NCBI GenBank assembly: GCA_947501605.1
Contig: CANMWZ010000011.1
Span: 26,005 to 90,004 of the forward strand
Direction of reading: 5' to 3'
Origin: Planctomycetota bacterium
GTDB lineage: Bacteria > Planctomycetota > UBA1135 > UBA2386
Length of the DNA stretch: 64,000 bases
Below the pieces are notes generated by a model, which did no database searches, was not told the origin of the DNA, and saw only the letters and a list, made by a program, of their open reading frames with translations. A program made the translations under genes and the position numbers. This document shows, piece after piece, positions 17,002-26,456 of the stretch; positions within the stretch are counted from its first letter, which is position 1, and every line of letters starts with the position of its first letter.

Positions 17002-18093
17002 TCAACGCAGCGTTCGCGCGCGCTCGCGCAGACGATCGGCGACCATTTGGCCGAGTTCGCTGCAGCGGTGCTCACCGGCGCGAAGACTGCGAATCGTTCC
17101 GGCCTGGATCAACTCGGCAACGGTTGCCTCGACGTCCTGCGCGGCCCGAACCTCGCCGATGTGGTCGAGCAGCAGGGCCAGCGCAAGGACAGTCGCCAAC
17201 GGGCTTGCCTTGTCGGTGCCCTTGTACTTCGGCGCGCTGCCGTGGATGCCCTCGAACATCGACACCCTGCCGGGGTGGATATTGCCCGATGCTGCGATGC
17301 CCATGCCGCCGATCAGCATTGCGCCGAGGTCCGTGATGATGTCGCCAAACAGGTTGGTGGTGACCGAGACGTCGAACCACTCGGGATTCTTGATCATCCA
17401 CATGCACGCGGCATCGATGTAGGCGTGGTCCGTGGCAATACCTGGGTACTCCTTGCTGACCTCGGCAAAGGTCCGGGTCCACAGATCCTGCGCGCGCACG
17501 GCGTTGGCCTTGTCGATCAGCGTGACCTGCGGCTTGTCCTTACCTGGCTTCGGGCCGCGCTTCTTCGCCAACTCGAAGGCGTAGCGAATGATCCGCTCCG
17601 TGCAGCGCCGCGTGTAGACCATCTCCTGCAGCGCGATCTCGTGCTCCGTCCCCTTCTTGGTGAACCCGAAGATCCCGGCGTAGGCGTCCTCGGTGTTCTC
17701 GCGGCAGAAGACCATGTCGATGTCGGCAACCGTCTTGCCCTTCAGCGGACACAGCGACTCGTGGTAGAGCTTGACCGGCCGCAGGTTGACGTAGAGGTCG
17801 AGCTTGTGCCGCATGCCAGCGATGATCGCAAACTCGAGTTTGCCGACCTCGATCCGCGGATCGCCGATCGCACCGAACAGTACGGCGTGCATGCCGCGGA
17901 TGCGATCGAACGCAGCATCCGGCATGGTCTCGCCAGTGGCGAGGAAGTGGTCAGCGCCGTAGGGCATCCGGTCGCGCTTCGTCTGGAAGCCATAGATCTC
18001 CTGGCATGCATCGAGCACGCGGAGCGCAGCGGTGACGACTTCCTCGCCGATGCCATCACCTGGAAGAACGCCGATGTCGTAGACCTTGCTCAT
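17002..18093 (-). CDS. Isopropylmalate/isocitrate/tartrate dehydrogenase family enzyme (LeuB/TtuC-like)
   Basis: MSKVYDIGVLPGDGIGEEV, LYVNLRPVK, CRENTEDAY and HGSAPKYKG. The exact substrate cannot be called. Confidence 0.85.
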   Translation of the reverse strand: MSKVYDIGVLPGDGIGEEVVTAALRVLDACQEIYGFQTKRDRMPYGADHFLATGETMPDAAFDRIRGMHAVLFGAIGDPRIEVGKLEFAIIAGMRHKLDLYVNLRPVKLYHESLCPLKGKTVADIDMVFCRENTEDAYAGIFGFTKKGTEHEIALQEMVYTRRCTERIIRYAFELAKKRGPKPGKDKPQVTLIDKANAVRAQDLWTRTFAEVSKEYPGIATDHAYIDAACMWMIKNPEWFDVSVTTNLFGDIITDLGAMLIGGMGIAASGNIHPGRVSMFEGIHGSAPKYKGTDKASPLATVLALALLLDHIGEVRAAQDVEATVAELIQAGTIRSLRAGEHRCSELGQMVADRLRERARTLR

Positions 18094-18275
18094 CTCTGGA
18101 TTCGAACTGGATTCGGGCGTCGGCGGCGGGCTTCGTCACCAACGAGGGCGAAGCAGTATGGCCGCGACCAAGGCGCAACGAAAGAGCGCATAGGCCCCCA
18201 AGACACGGCCAAGTCCCCATTCGCGCGTTTCCTACGAGCCACGCACCGAGTAGGACTAGACCGGAAACCATCGCC

Positions 18276-19394
18276 ATGGCCCGCACCCACGCCGTCGTTG
18301 TCCTCGCCACCATCGCCCTCGGGACCGGGTTGTGGTTCTGGGCTTCCCAACCAGAACCGGACGCGCCGCCGCTGCCGGAGGTGCAAGCGCCTGCGGCCAC
18401 CGACCAGCCCCGCGCGATCGATGGCGCAACGGCTCGCAGTCGGGTCGAACCAACGGTGTCAGACGCGACCCCAGCACCAAGCCACGCCGCCGCCGATGCG
18501 ACACCCGCAAACGGCACTGCGCATAACGTGACGCTGCTGGTCTACGACCTCAACGACCACACGCCGCTCCCGGCGTTCACCTGGCAATTCGTCGGCAACG
18601 GCAGCGAGCCACAGCGCGGCAGCGGTGAAAACGGGCGCGCCGACCTCCGCTTCTCGCCGAGCACGAGCGGCCAGCTGCTGGTCGAATCACCGTTGATGGA
18701 AGCCCACACGCGTCGTCTCGACGTGCCGTCAGCAGACATGCCGCCGCTGCAGGTCGATGTGTTCTTGCCGCGCCGTGCCGCCGCAACCGGCGTCACCTTG
18801 GTGGCGCGCGATACCGACGGCGCCGCGGTGCCGCGCCTGCGCCTCGACTTGTGGCTGATGACAGAAGCGCAACCATTCCCAGCAGCCAACACGGACCCGA
18901 CCGAGGAGCCCTTGTGGAAGCGCATTGGCGAAGACGCCGAAGGCCTCTTCGTACTGCCGACCATCGTGGCAGGCCGATACGTCCTTCGGGCCCAGCCGAT
19001 CGACGCGGATGGCTGGGCAAAGTCGTTGCAGCCAAAGCGCTTCCAGTTCGCCTTCGCTGGTCACGAAGCAGTGCCGCTCGATGCTCGCTTCGTCTACGGC
19101 CACGTCCTGCGGATCGAAGCCAACGACGACGGCGGCCCGGTGGCGCAGTTCACCGTCAGCACGAACGCGGCCGGGGCTACGGCGAGCGGGATCTGGTGGC
19201 AGAGTCGAGATCGCGACGGCCGCACGGTCGTTGCTCGCGACACCGTGATGCTGCCTGGTCGCGTCGAGTCGTTGCTGGCGTTGCCACCCGCATACTACGA
19301 GCTGCAACTGCGCGCGGGCGATCGCGTGCTGCCGACGGCCTACGGACCGATGACGTTTGGCGTGCTCATCTACCGCGTCGGCGATACGCGCTAG
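18276..19394 (+). CDS. Membrane-anchored hypothetical protein with beta-sandwich-like repeats
   Basis: N-terminal TM VVVLATIALGTGLWFWA, a Pro/Ala-rich linker, then three segments resembling carboxypeptidase-regulatory-like folds (e.g. GRYVLRAQP). Confidence 0.55.
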   Translation: MARTHAVVVLATIALGTGLWFWASQPEPDAPPLPEVQAPAATDQPRAIDGATARSRVEPTVSDATPAPSHAAADATPANGTAHNVTLLVYDLNDHTPLPAFTWQFVGNGSEPQRGSGENGRADLRFSPSTSGQLLVESPLMEAHTRRLDVPSADMPPLQVDVFLPRRAAATGVTLVARDTDGAAVPRLRLDLWLMTEAQPFPAANTDPTEEPLWKRIGEDAEGLFVLPTIVAGRYVLRAQPIDADGWAKSLQPKRFQFAFAGHEAVPLDARFVYGHVLRIEANDDGGPVAQFTVSTNAAGATASGIWWQSRDRDGRTVVARDTVMLPGRVESLLALPPAYYELQLRAGDRVLPTAYGPMTFGVLIYRVGDTR

Positions 19395-19397
19395 GGA

Positions 19398-20303
19398 TCA
19401 GTCTGCGACTGGCTGCCGCAGTCGTTCTTCGTGGGTCACGCCGAGACCTGCGGTGTAGCCAACCAGTAGCGCACCGCCGAGTGCGACCAATAGCTCGAAC
19501 GGCGAGGCCAGCAGTTCCGTCGTGCGCGGCAACATCGCGACCCCGAGGTAGACGCCGACAGCCGAACCTGTGCACCACTTGCGCGTGTGCGGCAACACTT
19601 GCCAGAGCATCCCAGTGATGCAACCCGCCATGGCCATGCGCACGAAGCTCGAGAGCCCCTCACTGAGCATCAGCGGCAGCGCGGCGATGAAGAACACGAC
19701 GTAGGCGACCCAGAACCGCTCGAGCAATTGCTGGCTCTTCTGCGGGACCTCGTCCGAATCGACTCCAGGCAGTCCGGTGGCGAACTCGTTCTGCCACGAG
19801 CGTTGCAATCGCACCTGCTCCACCACCGGCATGGCCAAGAACCAACCGCTCTGTTCACGCGGATCGCGGCCGGGGATCGGGCCGGCGCTGGGCAGCTCGA
19901 CCGGGACCAGCAGCGCGGCGGCAACACGGGCCGCGGCTCGCGGCTTCGGTGCTGCGACCGGAGACGCCATGATGGACTCGAGCCCAGCTCGCGCCTCGGG
20001 GCGTTGAAGGGACCGGAGCAGGTTCGATTCCGCGCTCTTCCCCGGCGCCTGCGGCGCGCCCTCTCTTGCGGGCAGCAGCATCGACGACGGGGGCGACGCA
20101 TCGCGTTGGTCCAAGAGTCCCTTGTTGCCTAGCGCCGAGGGCGCCTTGGCACTGGCCCCTGGCCACGGACTCGCCACCACTGCACCCGGGCGCGCCGGCG
20201 CTCCCGACGTGGCCGCTGGCTTCGCCGCCGATGCCTCGCCCGGGTGCATTCCGGTCTCGTCCTCCGGAAGTGGATCCCAGTCACTTGCATCGCGGTTCGT
20301 CAC
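19398..20303 (-). CDS. Hypothetical membrane protein (disordered N-terminal half, C-terminal TM bundle)
   Basis: 301-aa ORF. The C-terminus has several hydrophobic helices (FWVAYVVFFIAALPLML, AMAGCITGMLW, SAVGVYLGVAML, LLVALGGALLVGY). Confidence 0.5.
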   Translation of the reverse strand: MTNRDASDWDPLPEDETGMHPGEASAAKPAATSGAPARPGAVVASPWPGASAKAPSALGNKGLLDQRDASPPSSMLLPAREGAPQAPGKSAESNLLRSLQRPEARAGLESIMASPVAAPKPRAAARVAAALLVPVELPSAGPIPGRDPREQSGWFLAMPVVEQVRLQRSWQNEFATGLPGVDSDEVPQKSQQLLERFWVAYVVFFIAALPLMLSEGLSSFVRMAMAGCITGMLWQVLPHTRKWCTGSAVGVYLGVAMLPRTTELLASPFELLVALGGALLVGYTAGLGVTHEERLRQPVAD

Positions 20304-20420
20304 AGGCGCTTCCTTCGGATGCGACGCATGCCTGCTGTAGCAAGCGCTTCCCGTTCCGGGATTGCCGACGCCGAGATCGGCGCCCCATGCGCGTACACCA
20401 GCCTTTGCTATCGTGTTCCC

Positions 20421-20894
20421 ATGCAGTTCCTCCCCTCTTCAGCTGGGCCTCCGCACCGCCGTGACCGCGGCGGCGACCGGATCGCATTGGCGCGCCTGCT
20501 GCTGTTGTGCTGCTCGCTCGGAGTCGTTGCTACTGCATTCCCCTGGACCCACGTCGATGTCGTACGCCTGTTCGGCGAGTTCATGGGCCCCATCGCGGCG
20601 CGCACCAACGAGGGCTTCACCTGTGTGATGACGTGCCTGCTGACGGCGCTGCTCGTGCTCTCCGAAGGCCACTCGCAACAGTCGCGGGCGTCCGTGCGCA
20701 GCTCGTGCCCGTTCCTACTGGGGACCGCGGCGGTCGTGATGCTGTGGCGAATGGTCGAAGGCCCAGGGGAATGGCGCGGCGTCGAGGTCGTCCACTCGGT
20801 TTGGTTCTTCGTCGCCAGCGTGGCAGTGGTGCTGGGCGTGTTCGTCGCCCGCGCAAGGCTCGCGACTATGAGCCCACCCGCTGCCGCCCGGTGA
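20421..20894 (+). CDS. Hypothetical small membrane protein
   Basis: ATG at 20421 within ORF 20244..20894. Four predicted TM segments (LLLLCCSLGVVATAF, CVMTCLLTALLVL, LLGTAAVVMLW, VWFFVASVAVVLGVFV). Confidence 0.5.
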   Translation: MQFLPSSAGPPHRRDRGGDRIALARLLLLCCSLGVVATAFPWTHVDVVRLFGEFMGPIAARTNEGFTCVMTCLLTALLVLSEGHSQQSRASVRSSCPFLLGTAAVVMLWRMVEGPGEWRGVEVVHSVWFFVASVAVVLGVFVARARLATMSPPAAAR

Positions 20895-22242
20895 GGTAGT
20901 AGACCACCGCACCGAGCAGCAGGCACAGGGCATCGATGGCGACCGCTTCCGGATTGTCCGCGATGTAGCCCGACACCAAGAACACGCCGAGCGCGATCTG
21001 CAGCGCGACGACAACCGGTGCGAACGGCACCCGAAACGGCCGCGGTCGATCGGGAGCTCGACGGCGCTGGACCATCAAACCGAGGGCGACCAGAGCGACC
21101 GTGGCCGAGATGATGGGGATGGTGATCGAGATCAGGTAGTCAAAGCTGCCGGTCCACAAGAATGCGACGGCCATTACGAGCACCAGCAGCGTCGCCGCGG
21201 GTGGTGCCCCGGCGTCGTCGATGCGCCCCAACGACCGCAGTGCTAGGCCTTCTTCGGCGAGCACTCGCGCGATGCGCGGCCCGGTCAGAAAGTAGGCATT
21301 CGCGGCGCCGAGGAGGATGACCATGGCGACGCCGGTCAGGATCAGCTCCCCGGAGTCCCCGAAGGCAACCTTGGCCACGTCGAGCGCCGCAAACTTGGAA
21401 TGCGCGAGCCCGTCCGTGCCGAGCACGTAGAGGAAAGCTGCGTTGGCGAACACATAGAGTCCGCTGATGGTGATCAGTGACGTGAAGAGCGCCCGAGGCA
21501 GTGCCTTGCCCGGGTTCTCGGTCTCCCCGGCCATGTAGACCGCGTCGGCATAGCCGTCGTAGCTGAACAGAACGTTCTTCATCGCCGCCCCGACCGCTGC
21601 GAACAGGAGCCAGGGTGAAGTCGGCATCGCCGCGATGCCCGCCCCCGCCAAGGGTGTATCCGGCCCCGTCAAGAGAGTTGCCGCCGCTGTCACCGGTGCA
21701 GCCAACACGGAGGCAAGGCAGACGAGTGTAAGCAGCAGCACCTTGGCGAGAAACAGCCCGACCTCGGTGCGAGCGCCGAGCTTCAAGCCACGCAGATTGA
21801 CCAGCGCGAGCAAAGTGATCATCGCGGTGCCGACGATTCGGCCTTGGCTACTGGCGGCGCCGCCTTGCAGCGACGATGCGCCGCTCACGGCCAGTTCGCC
21901 GAACACTACGGCGACGGCGGCGAGCGATGCAGGCCACGTGACGAGTAGCATCGACCAGCCACACAAAAACGCGGTGAGGCGGCCGAAGGAGAGATGCAGA
22001 TAGGCGACGAGGCCGCCGACCCGCGGCACCGACGACGCCATCTCAGCCAGGATCAACGCATCCATGGTCGCGACCAGGGCACCGAGCAACCAGACGCCAA
22101 GGATCCAAGGTGCGCTCGGCAAGGCCGCCGCAACTTCACCGGGCGTGCGCAAGATGCCCGAGCCCACCGCCATGCCGACGCAGACAGCGACGCCGGCAAG
22201 CGGTCCGAGAATGCGGCGGAGATCACCGAGGCCGGAAGTCAC
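20866..22242 (-). CDS. APC-superfamily amino acid/polyamine permease
   Basis: 458 aa, about 12 TM segments. N-terminal AVCVGMAVGSGILRTPGEVA is typical of APC transporters. Confidence 0.8.
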   Translation of the reverse strand: MTSGLGDLRRILGPLAGVAVCVGMAVGSGILRTPGEVAAALPSAPWILGVWLLGALVATMDALILAEMASSVPRVGGLVAYLHLSFGRLTAFLCGWSMLLVTWPASLAAVAVVFGELAVSGASSLQGGAASSQGRIVGTAMITLLALVNLRGLKLGARTEVGLFLAKVLLLTLVCLASVLAAPVTAAATLLTGPDTPLAGAGIAAMPTSPWLLFAAVGAAMKNVLFSYDGYADAVYMAGETENPGKALPRALFTSLITISGLYVFANAAFLYVLGTDGLAHSKFAALDVAKVAFGDSGELILTGVAMVILLGAANAYFLTGPRIARVLAEEGLALRSLGRIDDAGAPPAATLLVLVMAVAFLWTGSFDYLISITIPIISATVALVALGLMVQRRRAPDRPRPFRVPFAPVVVALQIALGVFLVSGYIADNPEAVAIDALCLLLGAVVYYLTGRQRVGS

Positions 22243-22298
22243 AGGCGCACCCTATCGCGAAGCCACGGGGTAAGGCACCACGCAACAACCTTCCGGCC

Positions 22299-24386
22299 TC
22301 ACTTCGTCTTACGCACAGCCTCGAACACTCCCTCCGGCTGGCGGAACCGAGCAGCGGTGATCGCAGAGCCGTCGCCTTCGACAAAGCGGACTGAGTAGCC
22401 GGGCGCACCAGTAAGCCCAAAAACCAGACCGCGCTGTGGCTCGAGATCGAACCGCTGACCCGGCAGCACGGCGACGAGTCGCTCGCCTTGGAGCGAGATC
22501 ACGGCGGTCATCGAGCCGAGGTCGTAGTCACCGACAAAGCGCTCCAAGAACTGCGGATCGCGCAGGCGTGCGTCCGGCTGTCGCACAAAGCGAATCGGCT
22601 CGACCGCCGGCTCCAACACGATGCGCACGGCGTCGATCTCGCCCTCGAGATCGGTGAGGAACTGCACCTTGGTGCCCTCGATCTCGGGAGTGGCATCGCT
22701 GCGCTCGCAGCGGAAGACGTCGTAGTGCCAGTGCTGCAGCCGAGCGCCGATGCCATGCACGTCGAGGTGGAGCGCCGAGTCACGCAAGGCGACCGTGCAA
22801 GCGCCGTAGCCTTCGTGCCGGTAGTCGCCGGCGTATTCGGCGATCGGGTGCGACGGTTCGGTGCCCTTCTTCCGTTCCTGCTCGGCGCCCTTCTTGCCAG
22901 CCTCCTCCATGCCGTCCTGCTGCTCGACGCGCTGCAGCATCTCGCTGCGCCAGTCGCGCGCTGGCAGACCGAGCGCGCGGTCGGCGAGATTGCGAACAAC
23001 GCACTCTGCGAACGGCGTCGCATCGAGGTTGGTCAACACCACGAAGCCGTAGCCTGCATCGGGAAAGAACGCGACCAACGCCGAGAAGCCGTCGATGTTG
23101 CCGCCGTGGTGGATTCGACGGTTGCCGCGATAGACGTCGACGAACCAGCCGAGGCCGTAACCAACGTCGACGATGTCCTTGCTGCTGCGCGGACGCGGCG
23201 GCATCGCCATGTGCGCAGAATGCAGTTCGCGAACGGCATCGATCGGCAGCACACGGTCGCCGTCGATCTCGCCGCGCTGCAAATGCAGGGCTACCCAGCG
23301 CGCCATCTCGCGCGCCGACGAGTTGATCGAACCAGCCGGACCGATCGCAGTGATGTCGCGGAAGGCGATGCGCGCGACGTCGTCGCCATCCTTGCGGTAG
23401 GGCACGGCGTGGTCGTCGTCGCGCTGCATCCAATCGACGGCGAAGTTGCTGCGCGTCATGCCGAGTCGCGCGAGCACGCGCGAGCGCACGAGTTCTTCCC
23501 AACTGCTGCCACTGACACGCTCCGCCAAGTGGCCGGCCGTCAGATACATGAGGTTGTTGTATTGCCAGGTCTCGCGCAGATCGTGGTTCAACTCGAGGTA
23601 ACGAAGGCGACGCACCATCTCGGCTCGATCGAACGTGGCGCCGTACCACACAAGGTCATGCCTCGGCATCCCGCTCCGATGGGTGACCAGATCGCGCGGT
23701 GTCACCCGCTCCGAGAGCGGCGCGTCGTGCAGCGCGAACTCCGGCAACCACCGCCGCACCGGAGTGTCCCATTCGAGCGAACCCTCGGCGACCAAGGTCG
23801 CCAGCACCAAGGTCGTGAACGCCTTGGTGCTGCTACCGATCGCGAACAGCGTGTCCGCGGTCACCGGCTTCTTGCCTTCGCGATCGCGCTCGCCGCTGGC
23901 AAAGGTCGCCAGCAGTTCGCCGCCCTTGACCACCGCGACGGAACATCCAGGGACGTCGAACATCGGACGTGACTCGTCGAACCAGGCCTGGAAGCCCTCG
24001 AAGCTGGTGACCGACGCCGCCTCGCCCTGGTCGCGGTTCAGGCGGAAGGTCAGCGCCTGCCCGTTCTGCGTGAACGTGCCAGCGAGAACCGCGCCGTGTT
24101 CGTCCAATTCACCGGCGAATGTCGGCGCGCCGGGCACACCCTGAATGGCAAAGCGCACGGTGCGGCCAGTGCACTCGACACCGCTGAGTTCGAGGTCCTC
24201 GGCACCCTGCGCAGGAATGTCGATGCGGCCGCTGAGCGTCGCGCCCTTCTCGGTGAGTCGGACCACGATCGCGAGTTGTTGGCCCGGGATCTCGATCGCA
24301 CCGCGCCAGTTGCCGACTGGCGACTGGGCGAACAGAGCAGTGCAAGCGAACAGGAACGCGAGCAAACAGCAAAGGGGGTTACGCAT
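22299..24386 (-). CDS. Secreted serine hydrolase of the beta-lactamase/PBP (class C-like) family with extra N- and C-terminal domains
   Basis: Signal peptide MRNPLCCLLAFLFACTALFAQ. Active-site S-x-x-K in FAIGSSTKAF. C-terminal beta-rich extension. Confidence 0.85.
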   Translation of the reverse strand: MRNPLCCLLAFLFACTALFAQSPVGNWRGAIEIPGQQLAIVVRLTEKGATLSGRIDIPAQGAEDLELSGVECTGRTVRFAIQGVPGAPTFAGELDEHGAVLAGTFTQNGQALTFRLNRDQGEAASVTSFEGFQAWFDESRPMFDVPGCSVAVVKGGELLATFASGERDREGKKPVTADTLFAIGSSTKAFTTLVLATLVAEGSLEWDTPVRRWLPEFALHDAPLSERVTPRDLVTHRSGMPRHDLVWYGATFDRAEMVRRLRYLELNHDLRETWQYNNLMYLTAGHLAERVSGSSWEELVRSRVLARLGMTRSNFAVDWMQRDDDHAVPYRKDGDDVARIAFRDITAIGPAGSINSSAREMARWVALHLQRGEIDGDRVLPIDAVRELHSAHMAMPPRPRSSKDIVDVGYGLGWFVDVYRGNRRIHHGGNIDGFSALVAFFPDAGYGFVVLTNLDATPFAECVVRNLADRALGLPARDWRSEMLQRVEQQDGMEEAGKKGAEQERKKGTEPSHPIAEYAGDYRHEGYGACTVALRDSALHLDVHGIGARLQHWHYDVFRCERSDATPEIEGTKVQFLTDLEGEIDAVRIVLEPAVEPIRFVRQPDARLRDPQFLERFVGDYDLGSMTAVISLQGERLVAVLPGQRFDLEPQRGLVFGLTGAPGYSVRFVEGDGSAITAARFRQPEGVFEAVRKTK

Positions 24387-24466
24387 GGCCCGCGCAGCCT
24401 AACGCCAGCGACTCCCCCCGCTGGCAGGTCCCCCACGGCCATTGTGCGCCGACCGCGGCGACTCGA

Positions 24467-26449
24467 CTACAGCTCCTCTGGTCCGCCGACGTAGCCCAGG
24501 AATGCGCTCGCCGCGACCACCATAGGGCTGGCGAGGTAAACCTGCCCCGGACCCGAGCGGCCAGGAAAGTTGCGGTTGATCGCGGACACCGTGACCTCGT
24601 CTGCCGTGAACGACACTCCGGGCCCGGCCTTGATGCACGCGCCGCAGCTGGGATCGATCAGCTCGACGCCCGCACCCTCGAACAAATCGATGTAGCCCAT
24701 CGTCTCGGCGTAGCGGCGGATGCGCTGGCTGCCGAACTGGATGTAGAGCTTGACGCCCTTCAGCGTCCGGCCGCGCTCGATCGCCTTGCGAACGACGCTC
24801 GCGTACATGTCCATGTCGGCCTTCTTGCCGCCGGTGCACGAACCGCCATAGGCGATCTGCACCCGGACCTGTCCGAGCTTGCTACGCAGTTCCGCGAGCG
24901 GGATGCCGTTGCGCGGATCGCCCGGGGTGGCGACGGTCGGCACCAGCGTTGACAGGTCGATGTCGAAGGTCTTGCAGTAGGTCGCGCCGGAGTCTGCCTT
25001 GACGATTTGGGCGCGGAGCTTCTTTCGATCGGTGCCGCGCATCGTCGCGATGTAGTCGACGACAACTTCGTCCGCTTCGATGATGCCCGTGAACCCGCCA
25101 GCCTCGACGGCCATGTTGGTCAGCGTGGCGCGTTCGTCGAGCGACATAGCGCGCACGGCGGAGCCTGCGAACTCGAGCACCTTGCCGATGCCCGCGCCAG
25201 TCTTGAAGAACTGGTCGCTGAGCAAGTGCAGCATCAGGTCCTTGGCACAGACGCCCGCGGACATGGTGCCCGTCAAGTTGACCCGCACGGACTCTGGCAC
25301 CTTGACGCGCACGTCTTTGGTGAACCACGAGTTTGCCATGTCCGTCGAGCCGACGCCGAACGCGAAACAACCGAGCGCGCCTGCCATGCAGGTATGGCTA
25401 TCGGTGCCGATCACCAACTGACCCGGCTCGGCGATGTCCTCGATGACGATGTTGTGGCAGATGCCTTCGCTTCCGACCAGCTTGCCGTCGCGCTCCACTT
25501 CGCCGTAGAGCTTGATGCCCTGCTTCTTGGTGAAGGCCTCTTGTACAGTGGCGAGCGACGCAGCTTGTTCACGCAAGCCCATCTTGATGTGGGCTTCGGG
25601 CATGATGCGGTCGAGAAACGTCAGGTGGTCGCGGAACGCAAACACCGACGCCGGGTCCGTGATCGTCGCATTCTCGCCCAAGCCCATGCGGAACAGCGCC
25701 TCCGCCATCGGCGTGACATACTCGTGGCTGAACCGGACATCCGTGCGCACGAACAGCGCGTCGCCAGGCTTCACCGCGGCGATACCGAGCTTGCCCGTCT
25801 TGGCGTCGGCGATCGCTCGCTGCGCGATGATCTTCTCGCACAGCGTCATCGGGCGCGCCGCAGTCGTCACTGCCGGCGGCACGGTGCTGCCGGCCAGGCG
25901 CGCCTGGTTGTAAGCGAACAGACCGCCGTGTCGGACGATCTCGGCGGCGATCGAGTCGAGGCCTTTGGTGAACTCCTCGATCGGGATCGACTCACCGCGG
26001 ACGAGTCGCGGGATCAACGAGAAATCCGTCGACGTCAGCAAGCCGATGTTCTGGCAGTTCTGGCCATAGATCTTCTCGATGTTCCTGGCGATGACAATTT
26101 GCACGCCCGCCTTGAGTTCGCTGTAGGGCGCAGTCTCACGCGAACTACCGCAGCCTTTCGACACCCCGCTGACGATCAGGCCGAAGCCGCCGTTCTTGAT
26201 TGCATCGACCTTGATGTTGCCGCCACGCAGACCGACGAGGCAGTAGCGCGCCAACGTCTCGTCGTAGTAGTAGCAGACCCATCCAGGCGTGAGCTCGTCG
26301 GTGCTGATGTTGTCGATCAGCTTCTGCCCCTCGTCGAACGGCACGTCGAGCTTGTCGTAGAGTTGAGCCTTCAGCGGGCCCTGATCCTCGGTCAAGTAGA
26401 GAACGCGGCCCGCGAGCTTGACACTAGTGCGCTGTTGCGTGGTCGTCAT
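24467..26449 (-). CDS. Aconitase/isopropylmalate-isomerase-family Fe-S hydro-lyase with permuted domain order (LeuD-like swivel first, LeuC-like catalytic domains second)
   Basis: The N-terminal roughly 190 aa are LeuD-like (DNISTDELTPG, SKGCGSSRETAPY, ARNIEKIYGQNCQNIGL). A LeuC-like region follows (MTLCEKI, GTDSHTCMAG, YGGSCTGG, DPSCGACI), supplying the three cluster Cys. Confidence 0.85.
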   Translation of the reverse strand: MTTTQQRTSVKLAGRVLYLTEDQGPLKAQLYDKLDVPFDEGQKLIDNISTDELTPGWVCYYYDETLARYCLVGLRGGNIKVDAIKNGGFGLIVSGVSKGCGSSRETAPYSELKAGVQIVIARNIEKIYGQNCQNIGLLTSTDFSLIPRLVRGESIPIEEFTKGLDSIAAEIVRHGGLFAYNQARLAGSTVPPAVTTAARPMTLCEKIIAQRAIADAKTGKLGIAAVKPGDALFVRTDVRFSHEYVTPMAEALFRMGLGENATITDPASVFAFRDHLTFLDRIMPEAHIKMGLREQAASLATVQEAFTKKQGIKLYGEVERDGKLVGSEGICHNIVIEDIAEPGQLVIGTDSHTCMAGALGCFAFGVGSTDMANSWFTKDVRVKVPESVRVNLTGTMSAGVCAKDLMLHLLSDQFFKTGAGIGKVLEFAGSAVRAMSLDERATLTNMAVEAGGFTGIIEADEVVVDYIATMRGTDRKKLRAQIVKADSGATYCKTFDIDLSTLVPTVATPGDPRNGIPLAELRSKLGQVRVQIAYGGSCTGGKKADMDMYASVVRKAIERGRTLKGVKLYIQFGSQRIRRYAETMGYIDLFEGAGVELIDPSCGACIKAGPGVSFTADEVTVSAINRNFPGRSGPGQVYLASPMVVAASAFLGYVGGPEEL

Positions 26450-26456
26450 CGTGGCC

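Noticed and set aside
22488-23972. 494-aa plus-strand ORF
   Set aside because: Antisense to the beta-lactamase-family hydrolase, which carries the SxxK motif. Shadow ORF.
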